Below are positions 19,966 to 29,230 of a DNA stretch of 64,000 bases, piece after piece. The position numbers and the translations under genes are program-made. The notes beneath the pieces were generated by a model. That model worked only from the letters and a program-made list of their open reading frames with translations, searched no databases and was not told where the DNA came from. How positions within the stretch are numbered: position 1 is the first letter of the stretch; the number at the start of each line of letters is the position of its first letter. Source of the DNA: Anaerolineae bacterium (lineage in GTDB: Bacteria; Chloroflexota; Anaerolineae; Aggregatilineales; Phototrophicaceae); contig JAJEBK010000031.1 in NCBI GenBank assembly GCA_022823945.1, forward strand, positions 857 through 64,856, given 5' to 3'.

Positions 19966-20850
19966 ATGGAACTGGATCGCGATGCGCTGCAAAAGAAAGT
20001 TCATGCCCTCTATGCCAAAGAACATGCCGCACTGGGCGATTCTGGCACATTGGACCACCTCGAGCGAGCAGAGCAATGGCAACTGGCTGATACCTTGAGC
20101 GCCGGTGGCGTGCTGATCTTTCCACATGCTGGCGTGCACGATTGCGGCTATCAGATCGCGGCTTGCGTCCAGGCAGCGCTTGATAGCCGCGCCGACGATG
20201 TGGTCGTGCTCAGCGTGCTGCATGCTTTCACGCCAGCCATGGAAGTGGCGCGGGTGGCTGTTGCGGCCGGAGCCGACCCCGCGCAGTTTGAATTCTGGGG
20301 GATTCAAGGTCCTGGCATCGAGGGCAGGCGGGAATGGCAGGGCGATCACGCCTTGATCAGCTGGCGTCATTTTTGGCGCGCAGAGTTGGCGCGGCGTGGC
20401 ATCGCCCCCGACAAAGCGCCGAATGTGCACGAACGCTACCCCTACCTCGCCGGTGGGCAGCCACAGAACTTGCCGGGCGTTGACGAGTTGGCGCGCCTGA
20501 TGGAAGACGCTGTCGTGGTCAGCACCGCCGATCCCTTCCACCATGGCATCGGCTATGGCGATGCGCCCGAAGCCGCTTATGACCACGATGAAGCGGGCTT
20601 GGCGCACGCGCAATCGGTGATCGAAGCGGGCATAAAGCTGCTGGAAGCGGGTGATTATGGAGCCTACAACCAGCACTGCATCGAAGCCAAGAGCGATGCG
20701 CGCGACACCGGACAAGTCTATCGCTATCTGCGCGGTCCCATGACGGGCAATGTGCTGGACCTTAGCTACACCGACTCGTCCGCGCTATATGACCAGCCCA
20801 AACCGACCTGGGTGGCTGGCGCATTGATCGAGTGGCAGCTGGCGGACTAA
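19966..20850 (+). CDS. MEMO1 / AmmeMemoRadiSam-system-protein-B-like protein (class III extradiol dioxygenase fold)
   Basis: FPHAGVHDCGYQIAA resembles the PHAGY.YSG motif and VVSTADPFHHG resembles the S.D..H motif of the Memo family. Judged by eye only. Confidence 0.5.
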   Translation: MELDRDALQKKVHALYAKEHAALGDSGTLDHLERAEQWQLADTLSAGGVLIFPHAGVHDCGYQIAACVQAALDSRADDVVVLSVLHAFTPAMEVARVAVAAGADPAQFEFWGIQGPGIEGRREWQGDHALISWRHFWRAELARRGIAPDKAPNVHERYPYLAGGQPQNLPGVDELARLMEDAVVVSTADPFHHGIGYGDAPEAAYDHDEAGLAHAQSVIEAGIKLLEAGDYGAYNQHCIEAKSDARDTGQVYRYLRGPMTGNVLDLSYTDSSALYDQPKPTWVAGALIEWQLAD

Positions 20851-21503
20851 GGCGACTTATTCGGTCTGCGCATCCAGGCGGCGCTCAAGCTGGGAGAGCG
20901 CGCTTTGCAATTGCTGCTGGCGCAAGCTCTGGGTGAGGTCGCCGCGTGTGCGCTCCAATACCCGCGCACGACATCGGTCTGCCGCCGCAAGCCGCGCGTC
21001 AGCGCATCGGGAAAGTCGAAAGCGACCAACTGGTCATAAATATCGTCCATGGCTTGCAGCAGCCGCTCGGCTTCTTCACTGTGCTCATCTTGTCGCCGCA
21101 TGATATCCAAAATGAAACGCCGCAGCTCGGTTGCCGCTTCCGCCAAACCTTTCAGGTAGGTCGCGCTTTCCACGCCCATTTCTCTGGCGGACGGCAGCGC
21201 ATCGCCGCGGATGATGGCGCGGGTGATATGCGCTTCGACGACTTCTTTCAAGGCGTCTTGCGTATAGCCGCTGTGATAGAGATCGGGGAAGTCGCGCACA
21301 GACTTCAGCAGTTCGCGCGTTCCGGCGGCAACTTCATCCAGTCCGGCGTCGGCTTTTGCCCAGTCGCGGCGGTGGATGGCGCGGATGCTGGCGGAACAGC
21401 CGCGGATCAGCGAGCGTGACAAACCGATAGCCTGGTCGCGGGCGGCATTGCGCTGTTCCAGGTCGGCGCGGATTTCTTCGCAGACAGCGCCCAGATTATT
21501 CAT
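20847..21503 (-). CDS. Translin-family protein (the 3' end appears frameshifted; the likely authentic stop is at 20857)
   Basis: YLKGLAEAATELRRFILD matches the translin YL.G..D..GEL.R motif in an all-helical protein. ATG 21503 overlaps the upstream stop (ATGAATAA). See the finding on the C-terminal frame change. Confidence 0.65.
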   Translation of the reverse strand: MNNLGAVCEEIRADLEQRNAARDQAIGLSRSLIRGCSASIRAIHRRDWAKADAGLDEVAAGTRELLKSVRDFPDLYHSGYTQDALKEVVEAHITRAIIRGDALPSAREMGVESATYLKGLAEAATELRRFILDIMRRQDEHSEEAERLLQAMDDIYDQLVAFDFPDALTRGLRRQTDVVRGYWSAHAATSPRACASSNCKARSPSLSAAWMRRPNKSP

Positions 21504-21828
21504 CGTCTTCGGCGGCCGGGTTGCCGCGCAGCCCCCCAAAAAGCTGGTCGGCGAGCGTCGGGCGGCTGGGCATGCCGATTTCGCCATGCTTGGCTTCAAA
21601 CTTGGTCAGGTTCTCATCCAGCGCTTTGAGGAAGAGTTTGCTGTGCATGGGCGTCATCACCACGCGCTTTTGCACGCGGGCGCGATTGTCGTTGGGCATC
21701 AACTGGATGAAGTCGAAGATCACCTCGTTCGCCGTATGCGTAATCATGACCGTGTTGGCATAGACAGCGCTGGGGTCACGCGGGAATTCCAATCTGATAT
21801 TGCGCTTGTTCGCCGCTTGTTCTGCCAT
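21496..21828 (-). CDS. DUF3467 domain protein
   Basis: RLEFPRDPSAVYANTVMITHTANEVIFDFIQLMP is the DUF3467 signature as I recall it. The product is 110 aa. Confidence 0.65.
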   Translation of the reverse strand: MAEQAANKRNIRLEFPRDPSAVYANTVMITHTANEVIFDFIQLMPNDNRARVQKRVVMTPMHSKLFLKALDENLTKFEAKHGEIGMPSRPTLADQLFGGLRGNPAAEDDE

Positions 21829-21907
21829 AATCGCCTTGCGCTTTTGTGGCCGCCAAGCGCATTATAACAGCAACTGCCGTGATCATCAGACCGCCTGGGG
21901 AACAGCC

Positions 21908-22222
21908 ATGCCGACCTACATCTACAAAATCCAGCCCGTGCGACCAGAGATGCTTTCCGACGGTCCCACAGACGACGAGGCGCGCATCACAGCCCAGCAC
22001 TTTGCCTATCTGCAGCGCCTGAAAGACCAGGGTACGTTGCTGCTGGCGGGGCGGACGCTGGCCAGCGATTACTCGGCATTTGGGATCGCCATCTTCAAAG
22101 CGCGTGACGATGAGCACATGCGGCGGCTGACCCTTGCGGATCCCGGCGTGGCGCAGAAGCTTTTCCGCGCCGAGTGGCATCCCTTTCGCATCGCGCTGCT
22201 CGCCGATGAGTTGCGTGCCTAG
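21908..22222 (+). CDS. YciI-family protein
   Basis: About 100 aa. AQHFAYLQRLKDQGTLLLAGRT and DPGVAQKLFRAEWHPF are typical of the YCII fold family. Start is ATG 21908. Confidence 0.7.
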   Translation: MPTYIYKIQPVRPEMLSDGPTDDEARITAQHFAYLQRLKDQGTLLLAGRTLASDYSAFGIAIFKARDDEHMRRLTLADPGVAQKLFRAEWHPFRIALLADELRA

Positions 22223-22229
22223 ACTAAAT

Positions 22230-22979
22230 CTACACGAGCGGATCGCGGTTTGGGGCACCAGCTTGGCGAGGGTAACGGCGTGGCGTCTTGCCGACCTTGC
22301 GCACCATCACCAGGAAACGCGCTTTTTCCAGACCGGGCAAACGTACTTCGTCAATGCCAGCCAGCTCTCCTCCCAGTGTAGAAATAGCTTTGCTGGCAGC
22401 CTGCGTTTCTTCGTGGGCAGCGGTGCCTTTCATGGCGATGACCATTCCGCCGCGTTTTGTCATGGGCAGTGTGCATTCCATCAAGGCAGGCATGCGGTTG
22501 ACGGCGCGCGCAGTCACGAAATCATAGGTGCCGCGGTGTGCGTCATCCCGCCCGGCGTCTTCGGCGCGAGCGTGCACAATGCGGATATTATCCAAGCCCA
22601 AAACCCGCCCGGCCTCTTCAATGAAGCGCAATTTCTTGGCAGTCGCATCCAGCAGGGTCACGCGCAGCAGCGGCCGGACGATCGCCAGCGGCAAACCCGG
22701 AAAACCAGCGCCCGTGCCCACATCCAGCAGCCGTCTGCGCCCCGCTTTCGGCAGAACTTTCAACACGGTCAGTGAATCCAGATAATGCTTCAGCGCGATC
22801 TCAGCCGGTTCGGTGATGCCAGTCAGATTCATGCGCGCATTCCAGTCCAGCAGCAAGCCTGTCAACTGCTCGAACTGCGCCAATTGTGCTTGCGAAAGCT
22901 CCAGGCTCAGAACTGCCTGCGCCTGCCTGGCGAGAGCATCTATGGATTTGTTGAACATATTGCCTGCTGTATTCACCAT
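22230..22979 (-). CDS. rsmG: 16S rRNA (guanine527-N7)-methyltransferase RsmG
   Basis: WNARMNLTGI, HYLDSL, and the SAM-binding motif LLDVGTGAGFPGLPLAI. The start could be 22958, 22979 or 23030. Confidence 0.9.
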   Translation of the reverse strand: MVNTAGNMFNKSIDALARQAQAVLSLELSQAQLAQFEQLTGLLLDWNARMNLTGITEPAEIALKHYLDSLTVLKVLPKAGRRRLLDVGTGAGFPGLPLAIVRPLLRVTLLDATAKKLRFIEEAGRVLGLDNIRIVHARAEDAGRDDAHRGTYDFVTARAVNRMPALMECTLPMTKRGGMVIAMKGTAAHEETQAASKAISTLGGELAGIDEVRLPGLEKARFLVMVRKVGKTPRRYPRQAGAPNRDPLV

Positions 22980-23063
22980 GCTGAAGATGACAGCCAGTCT
23001 ATCACAATGCCGCGCTTCTGGACGAGACACGGAAGTGCTGAGAAGCCTGGATATGCCACCATG

Positions 23064-23178
23064 CCCCCACCCTAAATCCCTCCCCCATAAAGAGGGAGGG
23101 ACTTCAAATCGTAGTAGCGCACCCCTTCCCTCATTTTGGGGGCAAGGGGCTGGGGGATGTTGGGCAGGGTTGTCAACT
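23064..23178 (+). repeat. Full-length family-A hairpin element
   Basis: cccccaccctaaatccctcccccataaagagggagggacttcaaatcgtagtagcgcaccccttccctcattttgggggcaaggggctggggg... matches 19771-19880 and, in reverse orientation, 2701-2815. Confidence 0.85.
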
Positions 23179-23291
23179 TCACAGAATTACCACGCCCCGA
23201 GACACAGGCAGCAGCCCAACAACACGCTGTACTCATGGCGCGCGAACTGGCGTACAATGGTGCCTGGGCGTTCCCAAAATGATGAGGCGGC

Positions 23292-24374
23292 ATGAAAAAA
23301 AACACGATCTGTGTATTGCAAGGCGACCAGACCGGGCAAGAATTGCTGGACGAAGCGCTGCGCGTGCTCGATCCCAGCGTAATTCGCATGCGCAGCCTGG
23401 CTTTCGAGATCTTTGATTTGTCGCTGGAAAATCGGCGGCGCACCAAAAATGACGTTGTGCATGATGCTGCCGGGCGCATCCTGGAGACGGGATTGGGCAT
23501 CAAAGCCGCGACCATCACGCCAGGCGACCCAGATGATGTCGGCAGCCCCAATTCTCTTTTGCGCGAGCTCGTGCATGGTAGTGTTATCTTGCGAACAGGC
23601 AGACGAATCCCGTCTGTCCTGCCTCTGGCTGGCGTGCATGCGCCCATCGCTGTAGTCCGCATGGCGGTCGAAGGCGCGTATGCTGCGCAAGAATGGCGCG
23701 AGGGCGCAGGCTTGGACGAAATCGCCTACAACAAGCGCCACATCAGCCGCCGCACCTGCCGCGCTGTCGCAGAGTTCACTTTTCGCTATGCGCAAAGTCA
23801 TCGGGCAACAGTCTTCGGCGGACCCAAATATACGGTCAGCCCGATCTACGAAGGCATGTTCAAAGAAGAGCTGGACCGCGCAGCCGGGCTGTTCAAAAAT
23901 GTTCGTTATAACCCGCAGTTGATCGACGCTACTTATGCGCTGTTGCTGGAGACGAGTGGCGAGCCGCTGGTCATCCCGGCTTTGAACCGCGATGGCGATT
24001 CGCTCAGCGACCTGGTCATCAAGATGTTCGGCACGATAGCCGGCGCGGAGTCGGTCATTATCGCTTTTGATGATGAATTCAATGTCAAAGCCGCCATTAC
24101 CGAAGCGCCGCATGGCACAGCGCCCAGCTTGCAGGGCAAAAATATCGCCAACCCCATGGCCATGATTCTGGCTTGCGCCGCGCTGCTGCGGTATATCGAC
24201 AGCAAAGAAGCTGCGCTGGCCAGCCGCGCCTTGTACGAGGCGACCCTGGAGGCGGTCTACAATGGCATAAAGACCCCAGATTTGGGCGGGCAAGCTACCA
24301 CCAGCGAATTCACGGACGAAGTCATCCGCGAAACCCGTGGCAAGCTGGAAGTGTGGGACGCGCTTGGAGAATAA
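23292..24374 (+). CDS. Isocitrate/isopropylmalate dehydrogenase family protein
   Basis: N-terminal ICVLQGDQTGQEL, the LNRDGDSLSDLV motif (compare NLYGDILSD), and APHGTAP. I cannot assign the substrate. Confidence 0.85.
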   Translation: MKKNTICVLQGDQTGQELLDEALRVLDPSVIRMRSLAFEIFDLSLENRRRTKNDVVHDAAGRILETGLGIKAATITPGDPDDVGSPNSLLRELVHGSVILRTGRRIPSVLPLAGVHAPIAVVRMAVEGAYAAQEWREGAGLDEIAYNKRHISRRTCRAVAEFTFRYAQSHRATVFGGPKYTVSPIYEGMFKEELDRAAGLFKNVRYNPQLIDATYALLLETSGEPLVIPALNRDGDSLSDLVIKMFGTIAGAESVIIAFDDEFNVKAAITEAPHGTAPSLQGKNIANPMAMILACAALLRYIDSKEAALASRALYEATLEAVYNGIKTPDLGGQATTSEFTDEVIRETRGKLEVWDALGE

Positions 24375-24866
24375 ATGCAGTTGCGGGAGCAGCCGCTTGT
24401 GGACGAGCAGCTCGATCATGATGCAGCGGACTTGTGGGCAGCGCTTTTTGACATCGTGACCGACGGCGAGAAACGGCTGGCCAGTCACTTCGAGGCGCAT
24501 CAGCTGACCCCGCCGCAATTCTATGTGCTGAAGACGCTATCGGAACGATCGGGCGCTTGTCGCATCGGCGATATTGCCCGTGCGCATCACTTGACCAGCG
24601 CCACTATGACCGGGCTGGTGCAGCGCCTGGAAGCTATGCAGCCGCCGCTCGTGCAGCGCCGCCGCAACCGCCGCGATGGCCGCTCGGTAGATGTCATCTT
24701 GACGCCAGCCGGCAGCGAGCGCTTTCTGGCGGTTCAGCGCGGCTTGATGCAGCAGTTGCGGGCGGTGATCAGCTTGCTGCCACCCGCCGAGCGCCGCGAT
24801 ATCATCAACAAGGTGCGCCTGTATTTCACGATATTCTCGCAGCAATTCCCGGCCGAAGCATTGTAG
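24375..24866 (+). CDS. MarR family transcriptional regulator
   Basis: The winged-helix region reads LTPPQFYVLKTLSE...IGDIARAHHLTSATMTGLVQRLE...RRRNRRDGRSV. The ATG directly follows the upstream stop. Confidence 0.88.
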   Translation: MQLREQPLVDEQLDHDAADLWAALFDIVTDGEKRLASHFEAHQLTPPQFYVLKTLSERSGACRIGDIARAHHLTSATMTGLVQRLEAMQPPLVQRRRNRRDGRSVDVILTPAGSERFLAVQRGLMQQLRAVISLLPPAERRDIINKVRLYFTIFSQQFPAEAL

Positions 24867-24903
24867 GTAAAGCCAAAACAGTAATGCACCAATATGAAGG
24901 AAC

Positions 24904-24979
24904 GTCGTAGAGGCGACTCTTGAGTCGCCCACATGGTTTGCGGCGGTATTGCGGGCGAGTCATCGCCTCGCCCCTACAG
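24904..24979. repeat. Two family-B GC hairpins between convergent genes (likely terminators)
   Basis: ggcgactcttgagtcgcc (24912-29) and gggcgagtcatcgcctcgccc (24953-73). Related copies lie at 55856-55967 and 59013-59083. Confidence 0.7.
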
Positions 24980-25080
24980 ATTTCTAATCAGAACAGCATC
25001 GCCCTTCTACGCATGACTTTTTTGGCGCTGCTTCTGTGTCAAAAATACGCAGCACGATGTTGGTTCCACTTACAAGTCGA

Positions 25081-25683
25081 TCAGCGTCTGATATGTGGCA
25101 AGCCAGCCGCCAGCAGAGACGCAAAGCGCCCTTCTTGCTCCAGCGCAGGCAGAGGCACCGGCGATTCTGGCGCTGTGGGCGGGGGGCGCAAGTCCAGTTG
25201 CCACCAGCCGGTATCGCGCCATTCGCCTGCTTTGTGCCCCACATTGCGGAAGACGCCGATCTTATAGAAACCGATCGCTTCATGCGCGCGGATGCTGGCG
25301 GGGTTGGGCAGCGCGATCACCCCAACCGCCGTCACATATCCCTGTGCCCGCAGCAGAGCCAGCAGCGATGTATACAGCGCCCGCGCAACACCCCTCCGCA
25401 GGAAGTCGCTGTGAACATAGACGGTCGTCTCTGTCGTCCATTGGTAGGCGGCGCGGCTGCGAAAAGCGCTAGCATAGGCATACCCAGCCAGCCGGCCGTC
25501 CAGCTCGCAGACCAGCCAGGGATGTTGCGCCAGCGTATTTTGCACGCGCGCGGCGATTTCGACTTCGGCAGGAACAACTTGCTCAAAAGAGATGTGCGTT
25601 TCGAGCACGATCGGCGCATAGATAGCGCGGATGGCGGCGGCGTCGGTCACTGTGGCGAGGCGAATCGCTGGCATTTGCGGCAT
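25081..25683 (-). CDS. GNAT N-acetyltransferase, phosphinothricin-acetyltransferase-like
   Basis: IRLATVTDAAAIRAIYAPIV, YASAFRSRAAYQWTTETTVYV, and the acetyl-CoA motif RRGVARALY. Confidence 0.8.
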   Translation of the reverse strand: MPQMPAIRLATVTDAAAIRAIYAPIVLETHISFEQVVPAEVEIAARVQNTLAQHPWLVCELDGRLAGYAYASAFRSRAAYQWTTETTVYVHSDFLRRGVARALYTSLLALLRAQGYVTAVGVIALPNPASIRAHEAIGFYKIGVFRNVGHKAGEWRDTGWWQLDLRPPPTAPESPVPLPALEQEGRFASLLAAGLPHIRR

Positions 25684-25912
25684 GACAAAATAGCTCGGTC
25701 CGGTATTTTCTACCGCTACATTGTAGCCGAGCCTGCGCGGCACAACCACGCCACGACAAGCGGCGCAGGGCGTATAATGATGAGCGAGTTTACACAGTGT
25801 TTACATTTGCCTTACATGGCGATGATGCCCGCGTGGCATAGTTGGCGCAGAAGGTCTGGGCGTTGCCGAAAGCTGCGGTTCCGGTAGGTGAAAGCGTGAG
25901 ATTGACAAAACT

Positions 25913-26602
25913 ATGAGCGTCTCCGACACGATTTTGGTAGTTGATGACGAGCAGCGCATCATTGATTTGGCGCGCATGTACCTGGAGCAAGATGGTTTCC
26001 AGGTGCGCAGCGCAACCGATGGCACCAGCGCCCGCCGCATGATCTTGCAAGACAAACCCAGTTTGGTCGTGCTGGATCTGATGCTGCCCGGCATGGACGG
26101 GCTGGAAGTCTGCCGGCGCGTGCGCGAGCAATCCGATGTGCCCATCATCATGCTGACCGCGCGCAGCGACGACATCGACAAAATCGTGGGCTTGGAGCTG
26201 GGCGCGGATGACTATCTGACCAAGCCATTCAATCCCCGCGAGTTGGTGGCGCGCATCAAAGCCATTCTGCGGCGTACTGATCGGGCAGGCACGCAATCAG
26301 AAGCTGTTCCTGCCATGTCCATCGGCAACCTGCGCATCGATCCACAACGCCGGCGCATTGAAGTCGCAGGGGAGGTTGTCGGGTTGCGCATGAAAGAATT
26401 CGATTTACTACAGCATCTGGCGCAGAACAAGGGCGTCGTTTTTAGCCGAGACCGGCTGCTGAATGTCGTCTGGGGTTACGATTTTGTGGGCGAGACGCGC
26501 ACGGTCGATGTGCATATCGCGCATCTGCGCCACAAACTGCGCGGCATGACACCCAAAATCGAAACCGTCTGGGGCGTGGGGTACAAGCTCGAAGATGGCT
26601 AG
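25913..26602 (+). CDS. OmpR-family response regulator
   Basis: Receiver domain (VVDDE, LDLMLPGMDG, LTKPF) followed by a winged-helix output domain (FDLLQHLAQN, VWGVGYKL). Confidence 0.93.
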   Translation: MSVSDTILVVDDEQRIIDLARMYLEQDGFQVRSATDGTSARRMILQDKPSLVVLDLMLPGMDGLEVCRRVREQSDVPIIMLTARSDDIDKIVGLELGADDYLTKPFNPRELVARIKAILRRTDRAGTQSEAVPAMSIGNLRIDPQRRRIEVAGEVVGLRMKEFDLLQHLAQNKGVVFSRDRLLNVVWGYDFVGETRTVDVHIAHLRHKLRGMTPKIETVWGVGYKLEDG

Positions 26603-28097
26603 GAAACCGGCTTTCAGCCTGCGCTTGCGACTGCTGACCTCTTATTTGGCGCTGCTGATGATTACATTGAGCGTCAGCGCGATGGCTCTGCTGTTCTTGA
26701 TAGGCGGCAGGCGCGCTCCACATGCGCCAACTTATGAGCGATTGGCGGCTTTGACACAGGGATTGAATTACCTGGATTTCATCGCCGATTTTCCCTTTGA
26801 CCGCGGCCGCGAGCGTTTGCAAGCGCAAGTGTACGAGCTGCTGGATGTCTTTGCGGAAACGCGCGCTGTGCGCACCGTGCACATTGGCGTGAGGCCCGAT
26901 GGCCCGATTGTGCTGTACGACAGCGCCGGCAACTATACGGCGGGCGCGCTGATACATCTGCGCGGCGAAGGCTATCACAACGAAAAGCTGGCCAAGGTGC
27001 TGGGGCGCGGCAGCGAACAATTCTTTGGCAGCTTCGTCGATCCCGATGGGGGCGAATGGCTGTATGCCGGAGTCATGTTTGGGCAACAGCGGGGATTTGG
27101 CGTACGCAGCTCCAGCAATGATTTGTGGCTCCTGGCAGAACCGCAGCCGACAGTCAGCCTGCAGGCAACTCTGGCTGTTTTTGGCAATGCCCTGGCGCCG
27201 CCATTGCTGCAAGCTGGCATCGTCGGCATTCTCTTCGCCCTGCTGCTGGCGGCGCTGATCAGCCGTACAATCGCCCAGCCGCTGCAGCGCGTTGCAAAAG
27301 CAGCCACCGGCGTGGCGCGCGGCGATGACAGCGTAAATGTGCCAGTCAGCGGTCCGCCCGAATTGCGCTTGCTGGCCGAATCGTTCAATCACATGACAGC
27401 TGGGGTGCGGGCGGCGAATGCTGCGCAGCGCGACTTCCTCAGCAATGTTTCACATGACCTCAAAACGCCGCTGACCTCCATCCAGGGCTATGCGCAAGCC
27501 ATAGTCGATGGCGCGGCTGACGATCCCCAGGCGGCGGCGCAAATCATTTACGAAGAAGCCAGCCGCCTCAATCGCATGGTTGTCGAGCTCACGCATCTCG
27601 AACAATTGCAAGCTGGCAAGCTCTCCATGGGGCGCGAACGCATCGACATGGCGCGGCTCTGTGATGGCGTCGTCAACAGCCTGCAAGTTGTGGCGCGGCA
27701 AGGGCACATCCAGCTGGAAACCGACTTGTCGCCTGTGCCAGACATCATCGGCGATGGCGACCGGCTAGCGCAAGTGCTGACGAATCTGGTGAGCAACGCG
27801 CTGAAGTTCACACCAGCTGGCGGGACCGTGCAAGTGGCGGTGGCGCGTTCTGGCGGCGGCGCAAAGGTGACAGTGCGCGACAACGGCGTTGGCATCGCGC
27901 GGGACGATTTGCCGCGCATATTCGAGCGCTTTTATCAAGCCGACAAAGCGCGCGGACCGCGGCGCGGCAATGGCTTGGGGCTGGCTATCGCGCAGGAAAT
28001 TGTCGAGGCGCACGCAGGTCGTATCAGCGCCGAGAGCGGTGGCGAAGGCTGTGGCGCAGAGTTTGTCGTGTGGTTGCCGGGGGCGAATGGCGACTAG
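26595..28097 (+). CDS. Sensor histidine kinase (two TM segments, HAMP, HisKA, HATPase_c)
   Basis: H-box SHDLKTPLTSIQGY, N-box LVSNALKFT, G1 DNGVGI, G2 GNGLGLAIA. Overlaps the response regulator gene by 8 nt. Confidence 0.93.
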   Translation: MARKPAFSLRLRLLTSYLALLMITLSVSAMALLFLIGGRRAPHAPTYERLAALTQGLNYLDFIADFPFDRGRERLQAQVYELLDVFAETRAVRTVHIGVRPDGPIVLYDSAGNYTAGALIHLRGEGYHNEKLAKVLGRGSEQFFGSFVDPDGGEWLYAGVMFGQQRGFGVRSSSNDLWLLAEPQPTVSLQATLAVFGNALAPPLLQAGIVGILFALLLAALISRTIAQPLQRVAKAATGVARGDDSVNVPVSGPPELRLLAESFNHMTAGVRAANAAQRDFLSNVSHDLKTPLTSIQGYAQAIVDGAADDPQAAAQIIYEEASRLNRMVVELTHLEQLQAGKLSMGRERIDMARLCDGVVNSLQVVARQGHIQLETDLSPVPDIIGDGDRLAQVLTNLVSNALKFTPAGGTVQVAVARSGGGAKVTVRDNGVGIARDDLPRIFERFYQADKARGPRRGNGLGLAIAQEIVEAHAGRISAESGGEGCGAEFVVWLPGANGD

Positions 28098-28118
28098 GCG
28101 ATCCAGTGGCGAGCCGCG

Positions 28119-29156
28119 TCACCCGCCCGCCTCATACGCCAGCACGGGCATGCCCAGCGACACGCGCACCTGATCGCCGCGCCGAATATAACGTTCCACG
28201 CCCGTCCACGCCACCAACTCTGTGCCATCGCCCAGCGCCAAGCCGACGCGCTGATTGTGCCCGAAGAATTCGCGCCATTGCACTTTGGCCGGCACGCCAG
28301 TCTCATCAAGATGGTCGATATGCAGCGCTTCCGGGCGGATCATGAGACTCACTTCGCCGCTTCGTGGATGATACAGCTTGACTTCTCCCAGGCGGCTGCG
28401 GGCTGTCAAACCCTGTGCCCGCGCGGGCAGCACATTCGCCTCGCCGATGAGCTTCGCCACCTGGATGCTGCTGGGTCGGTTGTAGATGATATGCGGGGCG
28501 GCCAGTTGCAGCAGACGGCCCTCATAAATGACGGCAATTTCGTCCGACAAGCTGAGCGCCTCTTCCTGGTCGTGGGTGACAAATATTGCGGTCGTTTCGG
28601 TTTCGCGCAAAATTTCTCGCACATCGTTGCGAATGTGCACGCGCAGATCGCTGTCCAGGTTGGAGAAAGGCTCGTCCAGCAACAAGACATCGGGATTGGG
28701 AGCCAATGCTCTTGCCAGCGCCACCCGCTGCTGTTGCCCGCCAGACAATTCGTGCGGCAACCGTTCGGAGAATTTTGGCAAGCCGACCATGTCCAGCATG
28801 CGCCGCACTTGCTTGTCGCGCTGCGCCGCGCCTGCCCGCAAACCAAAACCGATATTGCCCGCCACATCGACATGTGGGAACAGGGCATAATCCTGGAATA
28901 CCATGCCCACCTTGCGCTGTTCTGGGGGAACAAAGCGCGAGCCATCGGCGACTATTTTCGCGCCGATCCACACGCTGCCGCTGGTCGGTCTTTCAAAGCC
29001 AGCCAGAAGACGCAGCATGGTGGTCTTGCCACTGCCGCTGGGTCCCAACAGCGTCAGGAACTCGCCAGCGCGCGCCCGCAACGAGATCTCGCGCAGCGCT
29101 ATGGAGCCATCGCCAAAGACTTTGCCCAGATTGTCCGTTTCCAGCGCGAATGCCAT
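28119..29156 (-). CDS. ABC transporter ATP-binding protein (Fe3+/polyamine-type importer, FbpC-like)
   Basis: Walker A GPSGSGKT, signature LSGGQQQRVALARAL, Walker B LLLDEPFS, and a C-terminal TOBE-like extension. Confidence 0.9.
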   Translation of the reverse strand: MAFALETDNLGKVFGDGSIALREISLRARAGEFLTLLGPSGSGKTTMLRLLAGFERPTSGSVWIGAKIVADGSRFVPPEQRKVGMVFQDYALFPHVDVAGNIGFGLRAGAAQRDKQVRRMLDMVGLPKFSERLPHELSGGQQQRVALARALAPNPDVLLLDEPFSNLDSDLRVHIRNDVREILRETETTAIFVTHDQEEALSLSDEIAVIYEGRLLQLAAPHIIYNRPSSIQVAKLIGEANVLPARAQGLTARSRLGEVKLYHPRSGEVSLMIRPEALHIDHLDETGVPAKVQWREFFGHNQRVGLALGDGTELVAWTGVERYIRRGDQVRVSLGMPVLAYEAGG

Positions 29157-29230
29157 GTGCTCACTTTTTGCTCTGCCGCATCAACAGCATAGATGATACC
29201 GCGCTTGCAAACACGGGCAGAATGCGCCCT

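Noticed and set aside
23187-24518. A 443-aa minus-strand ORF opposite the IDH-family gene. Similar antisense ORFs lie at 12865-13953, 40468-41763, 41899-43086, 57856-58908 and 63094-63993.
   Set aside because: Each lies antisense to a gene with strong family motifs. These are GC-rich shadow ORFs.
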